Below are positions 23,382-24,586 of a stretch of 24,586 bases of DNA, piece after piece. Source of the DNA: a virus. Its lineage: Duplodnaviria; Heunggongvirae; Uroviricota; Caudoviricetes. The first letter of the stretch is position 1. The number at the start of each line of letters is the position of its first letter. Location: positions 1-24,586 of the IMG/VR virus record IMGVR_UViG_2698536454_000001; one strand, 5' to 3'. Position numbers and translations under genes: made by a program. The notes below the pieces were generated by a model. The model worked only from the letters and a program-made list of their open reading frames with translations, did not search any database and was not told the DNA's origin.

Positions 23382-24586
23382 ATGACAGTCTCAACCGAAA
23401 TCAGCCACAATGAGTATCTCGGGAATGGAGTCACGACATCATTCCCATATACTTTCAGAATTTTTAAAGATACAGATCTTGATGTAAGCACAATAACCGC
23501 TGACGGTCTTGTTTCTCCAATGATCCTGGGGACAGATTACATGGTTACAGGTGCTGGCTTATCTTCCGGTGGAAGCGTTATTACGTCATCTCCTGTTTTG
23601 CCAGGCATTACAATATCAATCACTCGTAACCTTCCAGCAGTGCAGGAAACTGATTTAAGAAATCAGGGGAAATTTTTTGCAGAGGTCCATGAGGATGCAT
23701 TCGACTACCTTACCATGCTTATTCAGCATGCGATGTTCAACATCGGTGCTCTTCAGAGAAATACGCTTAGGGTTCCTGAAAACAGTGTAAACCTGGTGCC
23801 AAAGGTATCAAGTCGCCGGAATATGATTTTTGGCTGGGATGACAGTGGGCAGCCTATAGCCATTCTCCCTCCGAGTGCTTCTGCCAGTGAAGTGCTGATT
23901 CTTCTTGCTCAGCCTGACGGATGGAAAAAGATCGGTGGCGTGGATAAATTTGAGCCGATACCAATCACCGTTATGCCATCTTACAATCAATCAAACGTTG
24001 TTGCAGCATGGGTGGAGAGTGTAAATCTCTATGGCTATGTTTATTTCCCTTGTCACTCTGCAACAAAGAAAACTTATACAATACCAGGAACGGCCTCACA
24101 GGCAGGAAATCTGCAAAACTCCCGTGTAATCGTTGATAAAAACGTCATTCTTAAATTCGACAGCGATCTTTACTCGCTTTATAAGTCGCTGAAGTTTGAA
24201 GGTGAATGCACTTTTGAGTTTTCCCATCTTAATTTCACAACAACCGGTGGAGAAGTGGATTACCTGGCAAAGCAGGCTATCCTCAACCGAAACCCTATCC
24301 GCATGAAGCGAGTGGAATGGTCAGATTGTAAAATCTATTCCATACATGATGACGTGTTCTTCTATGAAGGTGAAGTCGTCACATACTCAGATAGCGCAGC
24401 TATCCTCGGCTTAACTACTAACCGTATTACAGGCCTGTTCGCGCCAATAGGTATTGGAGAGCATATTTCTGCACATATTCGCATGGAGTCTCAGACCGCC
24501 TCAGAAGTTGGGATTGTTCTGCGATGCTCTGGTGGTTGGATGATGTTCTATGGGGCACCAGGTGCTACACAGTGGTCTTATAGACA
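23382..24586 (+). CDS. tailspike protein (3' end outside window), conserved N-terminal particle-binding domain
   Basis: ATG 23382 follows GGAGAA and the frame stays open to the window end. N-terminus (MTVSTEISHNEYLGNGVTTSFPYTFRIFKD...TDYMVTGAG...ETDLRNQGKFFAEVHEDAFDYLTMLIQ) matches the conserved tailspike N-terminal domain of enterobacterial podoviruses as I recall it. Confidence 0.8.
   Translation, partial: MTVSTEISHNEYLGNGVTTSFPYTFRIFKDTDLDVSTITADGLVSPMILGTDYMVTGAGLSSGGSVITSSPVLPGITISITRNLPAVQETDLRNQGKFFAEVHEDAFDYLTMLIQHAMFNIGALQRNTLRVPENSVNLVPKVSSRRNMIFGWDDSGQPIAILPPSASASEVLILLAQPDGWKKIGGVDKFEPIPITVMPSYNQSNVVAAWVESVNLYGYVYFPCHSATKKTYTIPGTASQAGNLQNSRVIVDKNVILKFDSDLYSLYKSLKFEGECTFEFSHLNFTTTGGEVDYLAKQAILNRNPIRMKRVEWSDCKIYSIHDDVFFYEGEVVTYSDSAAILGLTTNRITGLFAPIGIGEHISAHIRMESQTASEVGIVLRCSGGWMMFYGAPGATQWSYR

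Noticed and set aside
1-24586. CRISPR array, insertion sequence, transposase, integrase or att site
   Set aside because: No regularly spaced direct repeats, no transposase- or integrase-like ORF and no terminal inverted repeats were seen; the window appears internal to the prophage.

Overview
The window reads as the late (packaging and morphogenesis) region of an enterobacterial temperate podovirus-type prophage, with mosaic ancestry. No database search or computation was possible; all family names come from reading the translations and from memory. Order on the + strand: a block of short overlapping genes (1-1320, including a DUF551-like protein); terminase small and large subunits (1386-3463); an opposite-strand insert carrying a small phage protein and a tRNA-Arg(UCU) (3554-4200); a 430-bp non-coding gap; then a T7-like morphogenesis operon (4628-19983: portal, scaffold, major capsid, gp11/gp12-like tail tube proteins, gp14/gp15/gp16-like internal virion proteins). 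Between the gp16-like gene and the tailspike (23382 to window end) lies about 3.4 kb of inserted cargo on the opposite strand. This cargo holds (i) an AT-rich cassette of uncharacterised secreted and membrane proteins, and (ii) a LexA-box-controlled small antirepressor-like gene plus a Bro-N antirepressor sharing its C-terminal domain. Other notable signals are a perfect 12-bp palindrome GTGACATGTCAC present three times at gene 3' boundaries, several intrinsic terminators sitting directly against downstream ribosome-binding sites, and a structured GC-rich leader upstream of the antirepressor. The AT-rich cassette and the palindrome are the best candidates for something undescribed, but no function can be assigned from sequence alone.
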